Shown: piece after piece, positions 20,009 to 29,669 of the stretch | Numbering within the stretch: position 1 is the stretch's first letter | Layout: each line of letters begins with the position of its first letter | Assembly: GCA_965203175.1 (NCBI GenBank) | Contig: OZ241867.1 | Span: 3,616,001 to 3,680,000, forward strand | Reading direction: 5' to 3' | DNA from: Candidatus Latescibacterota bacterium | GTDB lineage: Bacteria > Latescibacterota > UBA2968 > UBA8231 | Length of the DNA: 64,000 bases | Program-made: the position numbers and the translations under genes | The notes under the pieces: generated by a model | What the model was told of the DNA's origin: nothing | Databases searched by the model: none | What the model saw: only the letters and a program-made list of their open reading frames with translations

Positions 20009-20267
20009 GGGCGCGCTCTCTGACAGAAAATAGGATGAAGAAACCCAGCCCCAAGGAGGCTGGGGGAACACAAGGGACAATATAGGGCAGAACCTAGTAC
20101 TGCGCTACTAATCAACGCAATTCTCGTCAAATCGCTTGCCCATACAAAAATAAGCGCCGGGCTACAGGCCCCGCGCTTATCGTGATATAATATACACAAA
20201 AAGAGAGAACATGTCCAGTAAAATGATTTAAGTGGAATATAAATAATAAGTTAGCACATATTTTATA

Positions 20268-20296
20268 TTGACACGATCCGCCTCTTAACCTACTTT
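20268..20296 (+). promoter_or_regulatory. sigma70-type promoter
   Basis: TTGACA-17 nt-TACTTT preceded by an AT-rich tract; AGGAGG RBS before ATG 20340. Confidence 0.65.
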
Positions 20297-20339
20297 AAGA
20301 CCGCCCCCAATCTCTACTTCATTCCACACAGGAGGACCG

Positions 20340-21104
20340 ATGTCCCAGCACGAGAACGATGCCCTGCAAGTGCAGGGCGACCGGGTGGTGCTAGGGGAGT
20401 GGTCGGGCGATCTGGAAGAATTGATCGCCAAGAATGTCGAATTGCGCCAGATGCTGCGCGAAGGGCGCGCCGACGAGGCCCGTGCACTGCTCAAGGCGCA
20501 GGTCGTGGAGGAACAAGCCGCGCTGGTGGCCATAGACGAAAATCCCGAGGAGGTGCTCTCGCTGACCGGCATGGACGCCCAAGGCCGCCCGGGGTACTTG
20601 CCCGCTGTCGTCGATAAGCTGCCGTCGGAGATCATCGCCGAGTTGGTCGCTCCCGGCGAGCACAAGCTGGCGAGGTTCAACACCGCGCTGTTGCAGACCA
20701 TGTCGGCGGAGTCGTTTGCGCGCGCGGTAGAAGACACGCTCGATCCTGTTTACTACCACGGCAACCGCACCAAGGTGTCGTGGGAATGGCTCGAAGCGGT
20801 CGCGGCGCTAGACGATCACAGTAAGCGCGCCGCGCTCTTGTACAAGGTTGATCAGAGCCTACTAGAGGACGCCTTTCTCGACAAGGTCGATAGCATTGAC
20901 ATGCACGCCGAGATCGATGCGGGCCGTTATGGCACTGTTTCGGCTTATCGCCTGTTGTCGGAATCGGGGCAGGCGGTGATGTTGCCGCCGATCAACGACC
21001 CGGAGGTCCGCGAGGTCATCTACGCCTTGCACCAAGCCGCACCCGAGTTGCTGGCAAAGGTGCTGCGCGCCGCTTGGGAACGGGCCCGCGGAGGGGCCTC
21101 GTGA
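20340..21104 (+). CDS. Hypothetical helical protein (resembles the N-half of DUF6178)
   Basis: Strong RBS; acidic all-alpha sequence; resemblance recalled, not searched. Confidence 0.7.
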   Translation: MSQHENDALQVQGDRVVLGEWSGDLEELIAKNVELRQMLREGRADEARALLKAQVVEEQAALVAIDENPEEVLSLTGMDAQGRPGYLPAVVDKLPSEIIAELVAPGEHKLARFNTALLQTMSAESFARAVEDTLDPVYYHGNRTKVSWEWLEAVAALDDHSKRAALLYKVDQSLLEDAFLDKVDSIDMHAEIDAGRYGTVSAYRLLSESGQAVMLPPINDPEVREVIYALHQAAPELLAKVLRAAWERARGGAS

Positions 21105-22012
21105 GCCGGCTAGCGCGCGTTGATCTCAACCAAGTCCCGCTCGACCACAATAGTTTCATTGGCCAAGTGGTTGCTGCGGGTCTCGAATACGAGCAATTGT
21201 CGCCGCGTTTTATGGATTCGCTACGGGCTTATCTGCGGATCCGCGGGTTGGGCTTTGCCCAGCGCAATCGCACTGGGATCGCCCTCGGCCGCGATCAGTT
21301 GCGCCAAGGCATGGAGCAGGGCTTGGCGTGCATGGACTTGGCGCTGGAGGAGGAAAGCGGCGGCGACCTCAACGCCGCCGTCGCCAAGCTGGTCAGCGAC
21401 CCGTTTGACGCGCTCTACAAGCAGGGCTGGGAGCGCGCTTTCCAGCGCTTAAAAGAGATGCGCCAGCAGGCCCGCGCCTTGGTCGGTTGCCCCGAGCTGG
21501 GCTTTTGGCCCGATCGGCAGCCCAAAGTCGCAGCCTTGGCAAAGCTCGTGCCCGAGACGTGGACCGGCCCCAGCGCCATCGACCTGCGCGCCGACGGCCA
21601 AATGCTACAAGAGCTAACCGGCAAGGTGGCCTTTGTGCGCTCGTTGCCGCAGCCGTCGGTGACCGCTTTGCTCGAGCAGGTCGATGTGGATTTCGCCGGC
21701 GTGCTGCACCGCGTCATTTTGGCGTTGGCGCTGGGGCGCGCCGAGCTAGTGGCCAAAAAGGAGCACGTGTCGCGCTTTTGTGCCGAGTGCTTTACTGAGG
21801 ATGGACTGCACCCTCACGTGCGGCGGCAGGTGTTGGACCAGCTCGTCGGGCACTTGGACAATGCGGTGGCGGATGCGGACGTGCGGGTGTGGATTGCGGA
21901 CGAGTTGTGTGCGGAAATTGAGGTGCTAGAACAGGCCGCGGACCAGGGCGACCTAGCGGCGTTTTTTCTGTCCCATCCGGCACAGCTTTTTCCGCTTGGG
22001 GAATTTGAGTAG
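21101..22012 (+). CDS. Hypothetical helical protein (resembles the C-half of DUF6178)
   Basis: GTGA overlap with the upstream gene after GGAGG; MDLALEEESGGDLNAA...LYKQGW motif. Confidence 0.65.
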   Translation: MSRLARVDLNQVPLDHNSFIGQVVAAGLEYEQLSPRFMDSLRAYLRIRGLGFAQRNRTGIALGRDQLRQGMEQGLACMDLALEEESGGDLNAAVAKLVSDPFDALYKQGWERAFQRLKEMRQQARALVGCPELGFWPDRQPKVAALAKLVPETWTGPSAIDLRADGQMLQELTGKVAFVRSLPQPSVTALLEQVDVDFAGVLHRVILALALGRAELVAKKEHVSRFCAECFTEDGLHPHVRRQVLDQLVGHLDNAVADADVRVWIADELCAEIEVLEQAADQGDLAAFFLSHPAQLFPLGEFE

Positions 22013-22072
22013 CTTTGCAAGTTCGATTAACTAGCGGTTTTTCCATGCACTCCACACCTTCTGCGAGGTCTT

Positions 22073-22993
22073 ATGGCTCATCACGAATTCGCCCCCACCC
22101 ACTACCACAATACCATCGGTTGGCACGAGCCTGTGCTGACCATTGCTCCCGGCGATACGGTCTCTACCACGACCGTTGACGCCCGCGGCCAAGACCAGTA
22201 CGGCGAGCGGGTCGCTGAGCGCGGGAACCCGATGACGGGGCCTTTCTACATAGAGGGGGCCGATCCGGGCGACACCTTGGTGGTTCACTTCGACAAGCTC
22301 TATCCCAACCGCGACTGGGGCTGGACGGGTTGGGCAATTGCCCCCAACGTGCTGGACCCGGGTTTTACAACCGGGATTGAGCCCGACGACCAGCCGCTCC
22401 GGTGGCCGATTGATCTAGCAGCGGGCACGACAACGCAGCCGGAGGTCCTGCCGGGCGTGGTGCTGCCCCTCGACCCGATGGTGGGCTGTTTCGGGGTGGC
22501 TCCGCCGCGCGGTCAGGCCATTTCCACGGCGACCTCCTCGACCCACGGCGGCAACATGGACTACCGGGGCTTTGTTACCGGAGTGACCGTCTATTTGCCG
22601 GTCGAGGCTCCGGGGGCGCTTTTCCATCTAGGCGATGGGCACGCCGTCCAAGGCGACGGCGAGATCGTCGGCACGGGCGTGGAAATCTCTTTTGACACGA
22701 CGTTTAGCGTAGATGTGATCAAGGGCAAGCAGATCGGCTGGCCCCGCGCTGAAAACGACACGCACATTCTCGCGGTCGGCAATGCGCGTCCTTTAGACCA
22801 ATGCGTGCAGCACGCCACCACCGAGCTGATCAACTGGCTTACCGAGGACTACGGCCTCACCGAGTTGAGCGCCCACGCGCTCTTGGGGCAGTGTGTGGAA
22901 TACGATATGGGGAACGTGTACGACCCGGCCTATACGATGGTCTGCAAGGTCGCCAAGTCGCTGCTCTCGGCTATGGGAGCCGAGCGCTCATAG
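22073..22993 (+). CDS. Acetamidase/formamidase family protein
   Basis: NPMTGPFYIEGADPGD, HGGNMD, LGDGHAVQGDGE. Confidence 0.92.
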   Translation: MAHHEFAPTHYHNTIGWHEPVLTIAPGDTVSTTTVDARGQDQYGERVAERGNPMTGPFYIEGADPGDTLVVHFDKLYPNRDWGWTGWAIAPNVLDPGFTTGIEPDDQPLRWPIDLAAGTTTQPEVLPGVVLPLDPMVGCFGVAPPRGQAISTATSSTHGGNMDYRGFVTGVTVYLPVEAPGALFHLGDGHAVQGDGEIVGTGVEISFDTTFSVDVIKGKQIGWPRAENDTHILAVGNARPLDQCVQHATTELINWLTEDYGLTELSAHALLGQCVEYDMGNVYDPAYTMVCKVAKSLLSAMGAERS

Positions 22994-24484
22994 GTCGGCG
23001 ATGGAGTCGAGGCCCTCGGGCTGCGGCAAGACGTAGCGGACGGGCTGGATGGTGCCGTCGCGGCGGCGCACCTGTTCGACTCGCTTGCACTTGATGACGG
23101 AGTGCTCAATGAATAGGTCGTCGTCGATTTGGCAGCCGTAGAGGTAGCTAGTGCCTTTGATGGTTACGCGCTCGCCCACGCGCATGGGGTGTTTGTCGCT
23201 GCCGGTCATGAGTACGCCAGATTCGATGCGGCTGTGCGCGCCAATCTGCAGGTTGCCCTTGAGGATATTGCGGCTGAGCACTTCGACCTCGTCGTCAAGC
23301 GCGAGGGTTTGATCTGGGTACGTGCTCAGTTCGACGCCGACGCCGATTTGGACCCCTTCGCCTAGCACTACGTGCCCGCTCAGATGGCTGCGGTCGCCGA
23401 TGGTGACGCGACGGTTGAGCTGGACCTCGGGGCCGATGTAGGTGCCCTTGCCGATGACGATGTCCAAGGGGCCGCACTCCGCGTCCATGTTGAGGATCTG
23501 CTCGATGACCTCGTCGGCGATGAAGAAGTCCTCTTCGTCGGCGATGGTGATGGTGTCCTTGAGTTTGTCGTAGGCCCAGCGGCGGGCTATGGCTTCCATC
23601 TGACGCCAGACGCTTTTGACGTTGAAGGCGAGGAGTTCCTCTTCGCTGTCGGCCGTGGCGGCCCGCACCACGAGTTGGTGCTGATTGAAAATTTGCACTA
23701 GGTCGGTCAGCAGCAACTCGCCTTGGGCATTGTCGGTGTCGAGATGCTGGATGTACGTGCGCAGCGCATGTTCTCTGAAGGCGACGACGCCGGTGTTGAT
23801 CTCGCGTGTTTCCAGCAGATCTTGGCGCGTGAAGGCGTAGGTGCGGCCGTTGTAAGCGGCCTCGTAGGGCGTTGCCGCGTCGAGGCTGAGGATGTCTTTG
23901 TGCTCCCTGATTTCAATGACTTTGTCGCGGTCTTCACCCGCTGGCTGCCCGGAGGCATCAGTGGCTGGCACGCGCACGATGCGGCCATAGGAGTTGGTCT
24001 CGGCCGGGCCGCTGTACAGGCCGGTGAGCACCATCATGTCGCAGTCGGCGTTTTCAAAGCTGGCGCGGAATTGGGCTACTACCTGACCGGTCAACAAGCC
24101 CATGTCCCCTAAAAAGATGTACACGTCGCGGTCGGTCGCCGCGGCGGGAAAGGCTTGGAGGCCGACGCGCACGGCGTCGCCGGTTCCGGCTGGTCGGCCG
24201 AGAACCGGGTTTTCTTGGTACGCGAAGAGACGCCCCGGTTGGGGGCCGGCCGCGCGGGCGACGTCTAGGCCTTTGATGCCCACGACGATGACCTGGTTAG
24301 GGCTGTCGAGGCCCTCTTGCACGGCGCGGGCCACGCGCACGGCCGTTGGCTGACCCCAGATTTCGTGCAGCATCTTGGAGGTCTCCGAGCGGATGCGCAT
24401 GCCGTGGCCAGCCGCCAAGACAATGCCGATGCGGTGGATGTCGTCTAAAGTTGGCGAATTGATTGCTGTGAGTAGGTCGTGCAT
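22988..24484 (-). CDS. GlmU-like NTP transferase with left-handed beta-helix
   Basis: LAAGHGMRIRS, GTGDAV, YGRIVR, EINTG, NAQGELLLTD; hexapeptide repeats at the C-terminus. Confidence 0.8.
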   Translation of the reverse strand: MHDLLTAINSPTLDDIHRIGIVLAAGHGMRIRSETSKMLHEIWGQPTAVRVARAVQEGLDSPNQVIVVGIKGLDVARAAGPQPGRLFAYQENPVLGRPAGTGDAVRVGLQAFPAAATDRDVYIFLGDMGLLTGQVVAQFRASFENADCDMMVLTGLYSGPAETNSYGRIVRVPATDASGQPAGEDRDKVIEIREHKDILSLDAATPYEAAYNGRTYAFTRQDLLETREINTGVVAFREHALRTYIQHLDTDNAQGELLLTDLVQIFNQHQLVVRAATADSEEELLAFNVKSVWRQMEAIARRWAYDKLKDTITIADEEDFFIADEVIEQILNMDAECGPLDIVIGKGTYIGPEVQLNRRVTIGDRSHLSGHVVLGEGVQIGVGVELSTYPDQTLALDDEVEVLSRNILKGNLQIGAHSRIESGVLMTGSDKHPMRVGERVTIKGTSYLYGCQIDDDLFIEHSVIKCKRVEQVRRRDGTIQPVRYVLPQPEGLDSIADL

Positions 24485-24570
24485 TGAGTCTCTTTCTTCA
24501 TAGTTGTCTAGTTACCGTTTGTATGCTCAGGCCACTTTAACGCAACAGTCGTACTTCGGGTTCCTTGCCG

Positions 24571-26661
24571 CTAATTTTCTAGGACGTCGATATCCTCGCC
24601 GAGGGCCGTGCGCATGAGCAGCTCCTGCATGCTGTGGCCCGGGGAATCGCACTCGGGTTGGCGGCGGATGTACGTGCCATCTGGGCGCATCTGCCGAGAT
24701 TTGGCGCGGTCGGCGAGCGCGTATGCGAGCAGTTCGCGATAGACGCGCTGCTTCAGGCCCGGATCCAAGATGGGGAAGACAACTTCGACCCGGAAGCGCA
24801 GGTTGCGATTCATCCAGTCTGCGCTGCCGAGCCAGACTTCTTCGTCGCCGCCGTTGGCAAAGTAAAAGACGCGGCTGTGCTCTAAGAAGCGGCCAATGAT
24901 GCTGTACACGCGGATGTTCTCGCTGATGCCGTCGAGACCAGCGCGCAAGCAGCAGATACCGCGCACGATTAGATCGATTTCGACGCCGGCCTGCGAGGCC
25001 GCGTACAGGACCTTGATGATCGCTGGATCCATGAGGCCGTTCATCTTGGCAATAACGGCGGCCGGCCGACCGGCGCGAGCGTGTTCGCTTTCGCGCTCGA
25101 TGCGGTCGAGCATGCCCTGCATCAGCCCGGAGGGCGCGACTAGCAGTTTTTCAAATTGACTGATGCGGCTGTGGGCGGTGAGCATATTGAAGACTTCGGC
25201 TACCTCCGCGGTGATTGTTGGCTCGGCGGTAATCAGCCCTAGATCCGTGTAGAGCCGCGCAGTGGTGTGATTGTAATTGCCGGTGCCCAAGTGGGCGTAG
25301 CGGCGCAGGCGATCTTGATCGCGGCGCACCAGCATGGAGAGTTTGCAATGGGTCTTTAGGCCCATGATGCCATAGATCACGTGGATGCCGCTGTCTTCGA
25401 GGCGCTTGGCCCATTCGATGTTGGCTGCTTCGTCGCCGCGGGCTTTTAGCTCGACGAGTACGGTCACTTCCTTGCCGCGCTCGGCCGCGTCGATGAGCGC
25501 CTGCCCCACCTCTGAATCGTCGCCCGTGCGGTAGATGGTCTGTTTGATGGCTAGCACTTTGGGGTCGTTGGCCGCCATGCGGATGAAGTCGATCACCGTA
25601 GAAAACGACTCGTAGGGGTGATGCAGGAGGATGTCGCCGGCGCGGATGGAGTCGAAGAAGGCGTCGGGGTCTTCGGGAGAATCGCGTTCGACAGGCGTGA
25701 AGGGGGAGTCCTTGAGGGCGGGGCGCGAGACGAGGCCGTAAAGGGTCATAACCCGATGGAGGTTGACCGGCCCATTGACCCGAAAGACTAGGCTGTCGTC
25801 GAGATCGAATTGCTGTTGCAAAAGCGATACTAGCTGGTCGGGTGCGCCCGGAGCGATCTCTAGCCGCACGGCGTCGGCTTGGCGCTGCTTGGTGACCTGC
25901 TCTTCGATTTCTTCCAGCAAATTGTCGGCGTCTTCTTCGTTGACGTACAGCTCGCTGTTGCGGGTGATGCGGAATGGGGCCGAGCCGATGACTTCATAGC
26001 CGAAGAACAGTTCGTTGACTTGCAAGTCCATGATCCCGGCCAAGGTCACAAAATGGAGGCCATCGCCTTGGTCGGGCAGGCGCAAGATGCGCGGTAGTAC
26101 TCGCGGCACGGTCGCGACGCCCATCATCTTTTGTCCCTGTTCTTTGAGCAAGGCACCGATGCACAGGGCTTTGTTGAGCACGTGGGGGAAGGGGTGCGCT
26201 GGATCGACGACGATAGGCGTGAGGATTGGTTCGAGTTCTTCCTCCCAGTACTGGCGTACGAAGTCGAGGTGCTCGTCTTTGAGTCGGCGCGCCTCCCAGA
26301 AGTGGATGCCTTCGGCGGCTAGGGCCGGGATGAGGTCCTCGTTCCAGCAGCGATACTGTTCGGCGACTTGCTCGTGGGCTTGTTGGGTGATGCGCTCGAG
26401 TTGTTCGGCCGGGGTCAGGCCGTCGGGGCGACTGGGATTGGCCCCCGATTCGTGTAATTGCAGCAGACCGGCTACCCGGATTTCGTAGAACTCGTCGAGA
26501 TTGCTGGCGACAATGGCCATGAACTTGACGCGCTCTAACAGAGGGTTGCGCTCGTCTTGGGCTTCTTCGAGTACGCGGGCGTTGAAGTCGAGCCACGAGA
26601 GTTCGCGGTTGATGTAGAGCTCGGGACGCTCGAACGTGGGTGGGTGGGCGATTTCGCTCAT
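24571..26661 (-). CDS. ppk1: Polyphosphate kinase 1
   Basis: YINRELSWLDFNARVL, HPFP, LLHHPYESF, AIKQTIYRT, LKTHCK, SIIGRFLEHSR, GSADWM. Confidence 0.97.
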   Translation of the reverse strand: MSEIAHPPTFERPELYINRELSWLDFNARVLEEAQDERNPLLERVKFMAIVASNLDEFYEIRVAGLLQLHESGANPSRPDGLTPAEQLERITQQAHEQVAEQYRCWNEDLIPALAAEGIHFWEARRLKDEHLDFVRQYWEEELEPILTPIVVDPAHPFPHVLNKALCIGALLKEQGQKMMGVATVPRVLPRILRLPDQGDGLHFVTLAGIMDLQVNELFFGYEVIGSAPFRITRNSELYVNEEDADNLLEEIEEQVTKQRQADAVRLEIAPGAPDQLVSLLQQQFDLDDSLVFRVNGPVNLHRVMTLYGLVSRPALKDSPFTPVERDSPEDPDAFFDSIRAGDILLHHPYESFSTVIDFIRMAANDPKVLAIKQTIYRTGDDSEVGQALIDAAERGKEVTVLVELKARGDEAANIEWAKRLEDSGIHVIYGIMGLKTHCKLSMLVRRDQDRLRRYAHLGTGNYNHTTARLYTDLGLITAEPTITAEVAEVFNMLTAHSRISQFEKLLVAPSGLMQGMLDRIERESEHARAGRPAAVIAKMNGLMDPAIIKVLYAASQAGVEIDLIVRGICCLRAGLDGISENIRVYSIIGRFLEHSRVFYFANGGDEEVWLGSADWMNRNLRFRVEVVFPILDPGLKQRVYRELLAYALADRAKSRQMRPDGTYIRRQPECDSPGHSMQELLMRTALGEDIDVLEN

Positions 26662-26680
26662 ATAGCAATCCTACAAGGTG

Positions 26681-26710
26681 ATCCGCAGATGGACGCAGAT
26701 AGCCGCAGAA
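26681..26710. repeat. 10-bp-period triplet (x)CGCAGA(T) repeat
   Basis: ATCCGCAGAT GGACGCAGAT AGCCGCAGAA in the intergenic gap upstream of ppk1. Confidence 0.6.
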
Positions 26711-26767
26711 TAGGATGCACAAGAAGATAAGCCGCTCGAATCGTTCAAATTATGCCGCATTGCTATA

Positions 26768-27571
26768 TCAGTCGAGTTGGGAGATGGTTTCGCGCACGAA
26801 TTGCACCGATTTGGTGAGTGCGTCTTTGGGTTCGCCTTCGATGCCGCATTCGTAGGCTAGATACCCGCTAAAGCCGATGTCCTTGAGGGCCTGTAAGCCG
26901 GCGCGCCAATCGATGTCGCCAGTGCCCGGCTGCATGCGCGTATTGTCTGCCATGTGGACGTGGGCAACGTGTTTGCCGGCCTGGCGGAAGGCGGCGGGGG
27001 TGTCGGTTTCTTCGATGTGCATGTGGAAGAAGTCGCTGAGCAGGGCCACGCCTTGGGGACTGCCGGCGCGCTCGATGATTTCGACGCCGTCGGCTTGGCG
27101 GCGCAAGAGGTGTTGCTCGTAGCGGTTGAGGGGTTCGAGCAGGAGCAGGGTGCCTTGGCTAGCGGCATGAGCGGCGAGGTCTTTGACTAGCTCGACGAGC
27201 AGGGCCTTTTCTAGGGAAATGGCGTCTTGGAGCGGCGAAAGGTCGGGGATGCGCGGCGGCCCAAAGATGGGGGGGACGATCTGGCCGACAGCTTGGAAAT
27301 GCCCGCAGGCTTCCAATTGGCGGCGGGTCTCGGCGAGGCTGTTGGCGCGCTTGCCTGGGTCTGGGTCGAGCCAGTCAAAGGTCTCTTGGCCGCAGATGGA
27401 AGCGATTTTGATGGAGCGTCCGGCGAGGGCCTTTTCGTATTCTTCGACGTGGTCGTACAGGCGCGAGCGGCCGCCGACTTCTAGGCCTTCAATGGCGAGC
27501 GATTCGGCGAAGTCGAGCTTTTCTGCGAGGCTTTCTCCGGGCAGCAGGCCTTCCTGTAAGGCAATTTTCAT
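26768..27571 (-). CDS. Sugar phosphate isomerase/epimerase (TIM barrel)
   Basis: LEPLNRYE, DFFHMHIEE, HVHMADNTR..PGTG, YEC metal ligands. Confidence 0.9.
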   Translation of the reverse strand: MKIALQEGLLPGESLAEKLDFAESLAIEGLEVGGRSRLYDHVEEYEKALAGRSIKIASICGQETFDWLDPDPGKRANSLAETRRQLEACGHFQAVGQIVPPIFGPPRIPDLSPLQDAISLEKALLVELVKDLAAHAASQGTLLLLEPLNRYEQHLLRRQADGVEIIERAGSPQGVALLSDFFHMHIEETDTPAAFRQAGKHVAHVHMADNTRMQPGTGDIDWRAGLQALKDIGFSGYLAYECGIEGEPKDALTKSVQFVRETISQLD

Positions 27572-27598
27572 GGCGTCCTTTCTTCTGGCGGTCCAGCG

Positions 27599-28621
27599 TT
27601 AAAACTGGACGCCGAGCTTGATGTTTGTTTCGGGTTGGGTAGCGATTTTGGGATACGCGTCGAGCAAGTCGTCAAAGGATACGATGGGCTGCACGATGGG
27701 CAGGCAATCGACTTGGCCTTCAGCGAGCATGCGCCAGCAGACGTCGTAGATGCGGGCGTTGTCCCAATTGGGGTGGTCGGGGTTTGGCTCGCTGTTGGCG
27801 CGAGAGAATATGATGTGCGGTCGGTTCATGTGGGCTTCGGCGCCCAAGTCTATTCCCGTCGTCCAGGCTCCGGGATACGCGCCGGCCACGATCGTGCCTC
27901 GGTAGGCGACTCCGCGCAGGGCTTGCTGCATGGCTGCGGGATGCCCGCTGTAATCAATGATCACGTCCGCGCCTCGGTTGGCCGTGGCCTTCTTGATCTC
28001 CAAGCCAGCGTCGCATTGGGTGGGGTCGAGGACGAGGTCGGCTCCGCAGGCGCGGGCTGCTTCGCGCCGGTTGGCCAATGGGTCGAGGGCGATGATGGGA
28101 TGGGCACCGGCCAAGCGGCAGAATTGCACGGCCATCAGGCTGATGGCCCCGAGGCCCGAGATGGCTACGGCATCGCCGATGCGGACGTGCCCGTCGCGCA
28201 CTGCGCCGAGGGCAAAATCCGCCGGGTCGAGGCAGACCGCGGCTTGCCAAGGTACGTCTGCGGGCAAGCGGCGCGCGGTTGCGGGCCAGACGTGTTCTTC
28301 GCGGAACGGCCCGTAGGCGAAGACGCGGTCGCCTTCTTTGAGCTGTGTGACGCCCGGACCTAGTTCGACGACTTCGCCGACGCCCATGTTGCCCAGCGAC
28401 ACGGGATATTGGACGCCCTCGCCCTGATAGTCGAAGATGCGAAGCTCGGAGTCGAAGTGGCCGCGCGGGCCGGCGTATCCCTTAAACATCGACATTTCAG
28501 TGCCGTGCTTGGCGGCTGCGTACAGGCTTTTGACGCGGACTTGGCCTTCTGACAGCGGTGGCGATTCGAATTCTTGGAAGGCCACTTGCTCGGCGGCCGG
28601 GGCGATGAGTGCTCGGGGCAT
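27599..28621 (-). CDS. Zn-binding alcohol dehydrogenase (MDR) family protein
   Basis: KHGTE, GVGEVVELGPGV, GLGAI nucleotide-binding motif; start taken at MPRALIA. Confidence 0.88.
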   Translation of the reverse strand: MPRALIAPAAEQVAFQEFESPPLSEGQVRVKSLYAAAKHGTEMSMFKGYAGPRGHFDSELRIFDYQGEGVQYPVSLGNMGVGEVVELGPGVTQLKEGDRVFAYGPFREEHVWPATARRLPADVPWQAAVCLDPADFALGAVRDGHVRIGDAVAISGLGAISLMAVQFCRLAGAHPIIALDPLANRREAARACGADLVLDPTQCDAGLEIKKATANRGADVIIDYSGHPAAMQQALRGVAYRGTIVAGAYPGAWTTGIDLGAEAHMNRPHIIFSRANSEPNPDHPNWDNARIYDVCWRMLAEGQVDCLPIVQPIVSFDDLLDAYPKIATQPETNIKLGVQF

Positions 28622-28700
28622 GGGGCGACTCGCTTGACGTTGGACGCGTTTTTTGGGTTTATAGCGGGCCAAAATATACACTTCTCAGCGAGGATATGCC

Positions 28701-29663
28701 ATGTCAGAACGCGTACAGATCGTAGTGCCCGGCGACAATCCAACCCAGATCGCCGGTTCGCCGCATTTAGAGCGTCTCGCTCCCTACGGGGATGTCACGC
28801 TCTTTGAGGATACGCCGCAAAGCGCGGACGAGAAAATCGCGCGGGCCGAGGGCGCGCAAATCATTATCAATACGCGCGGGGTAGTAACGTGGCGCGAGGA
28901 GATGCGCCGCTTGCCAGAGCTCAAGATGATTGCCACCTGCTCCATCGGCACGGATATGATCGACCTGGCGATTGCCAAGGAACTCGGGATCGTGGTGTCG
29001 AACCAGCCCGGCCGAACCGCGCCGGTGGTGGCCGAGCACATGTTCGGGCTGATGTTCGCCCTGTCCAAGCGCGCCTATTTCCAGACCGCCGAGTTGAAGG
29101 CTGGCCGCTGGACGCGCGAGATGAACACCATGCTGCAAGGGAAGGTGTTAGGCGTGGTGGGCACGGGGCCGATTGGCGCGGAGATGGCGCGGTTGGGGCG
29201 GGCCATCGGCATGGAGGTCATTGCGTGGACTTTCAATCCGTCGCCGGAGCGCGCGGCCGAGTACGGGGTGCGCTTTGTCGAGCTTGACGAGCTGTTGCAG
29301 ACCGCGGATGTGGTCAGCCTGCACGTGAAGTTGACCGAGGATACCCGACACTTTCTTGGGGCGCGCGAGTTTGGTCTGATGAAGGAGGGGGCGCTGGTGT
29401 TGAACGGGGCGCGCGGCGACGTGCTGGACATGAACGCTTTGCGCGACGCTCTGTTGTCCGGGCATGTGGGCGGGGCCGGGCTAGATGTGTTTCCCGAGGA
29501 GCCGCTGCCGAGTGACGATCCCATTCTCGATTGCGATCAGGTAGTGTTGACGCCTCATGCGGCAGATCAGACGCCCGAGGGGGTGGATTTGCTGAACGAG
29601 GGCGCGGTCGATAATGTGATTGCGTTTTTGGAGGGACGGCCGCGGAACAATGTGGCGGTGTGA
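28701..29663 (+). CDS. D-2-hydroxyacid dehydrogenase family protein
   Basis: VAEH, GVVGTGPIG, VSLH, NGARG, GLDVFPEEP, TPH. Confidence 0.93.
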   Translation: MSERVQIVVPGDNPTQIAGSPHLERLAPYGDVTLFEDTPQSADEKIARAEGAQIIINTRGVVTWREEMRRLPELKMIATCSIGTDMIDLAIAKELGIVVSNQPGRTAPVVAEHMFGLMFALSKRAYFQTAELKAGRWTREMNTMLQGKVLGVVGTGPIGAEMARLGRAIGMEVIAWTFNPSPERAAEYGVRFVELDELLQTADVVSLHVKLTEDTRHFLGAREFGLMKEGALVLNGARGDVLDMNALRDALLSGHVGGAGLDVFPEEPLPSDDPILDCDQVVLTPHAADQTPEGVDLLNEGAVDNVIAFLEGRPRNNVAV

Positions 29664-29669
29664 GATGGA

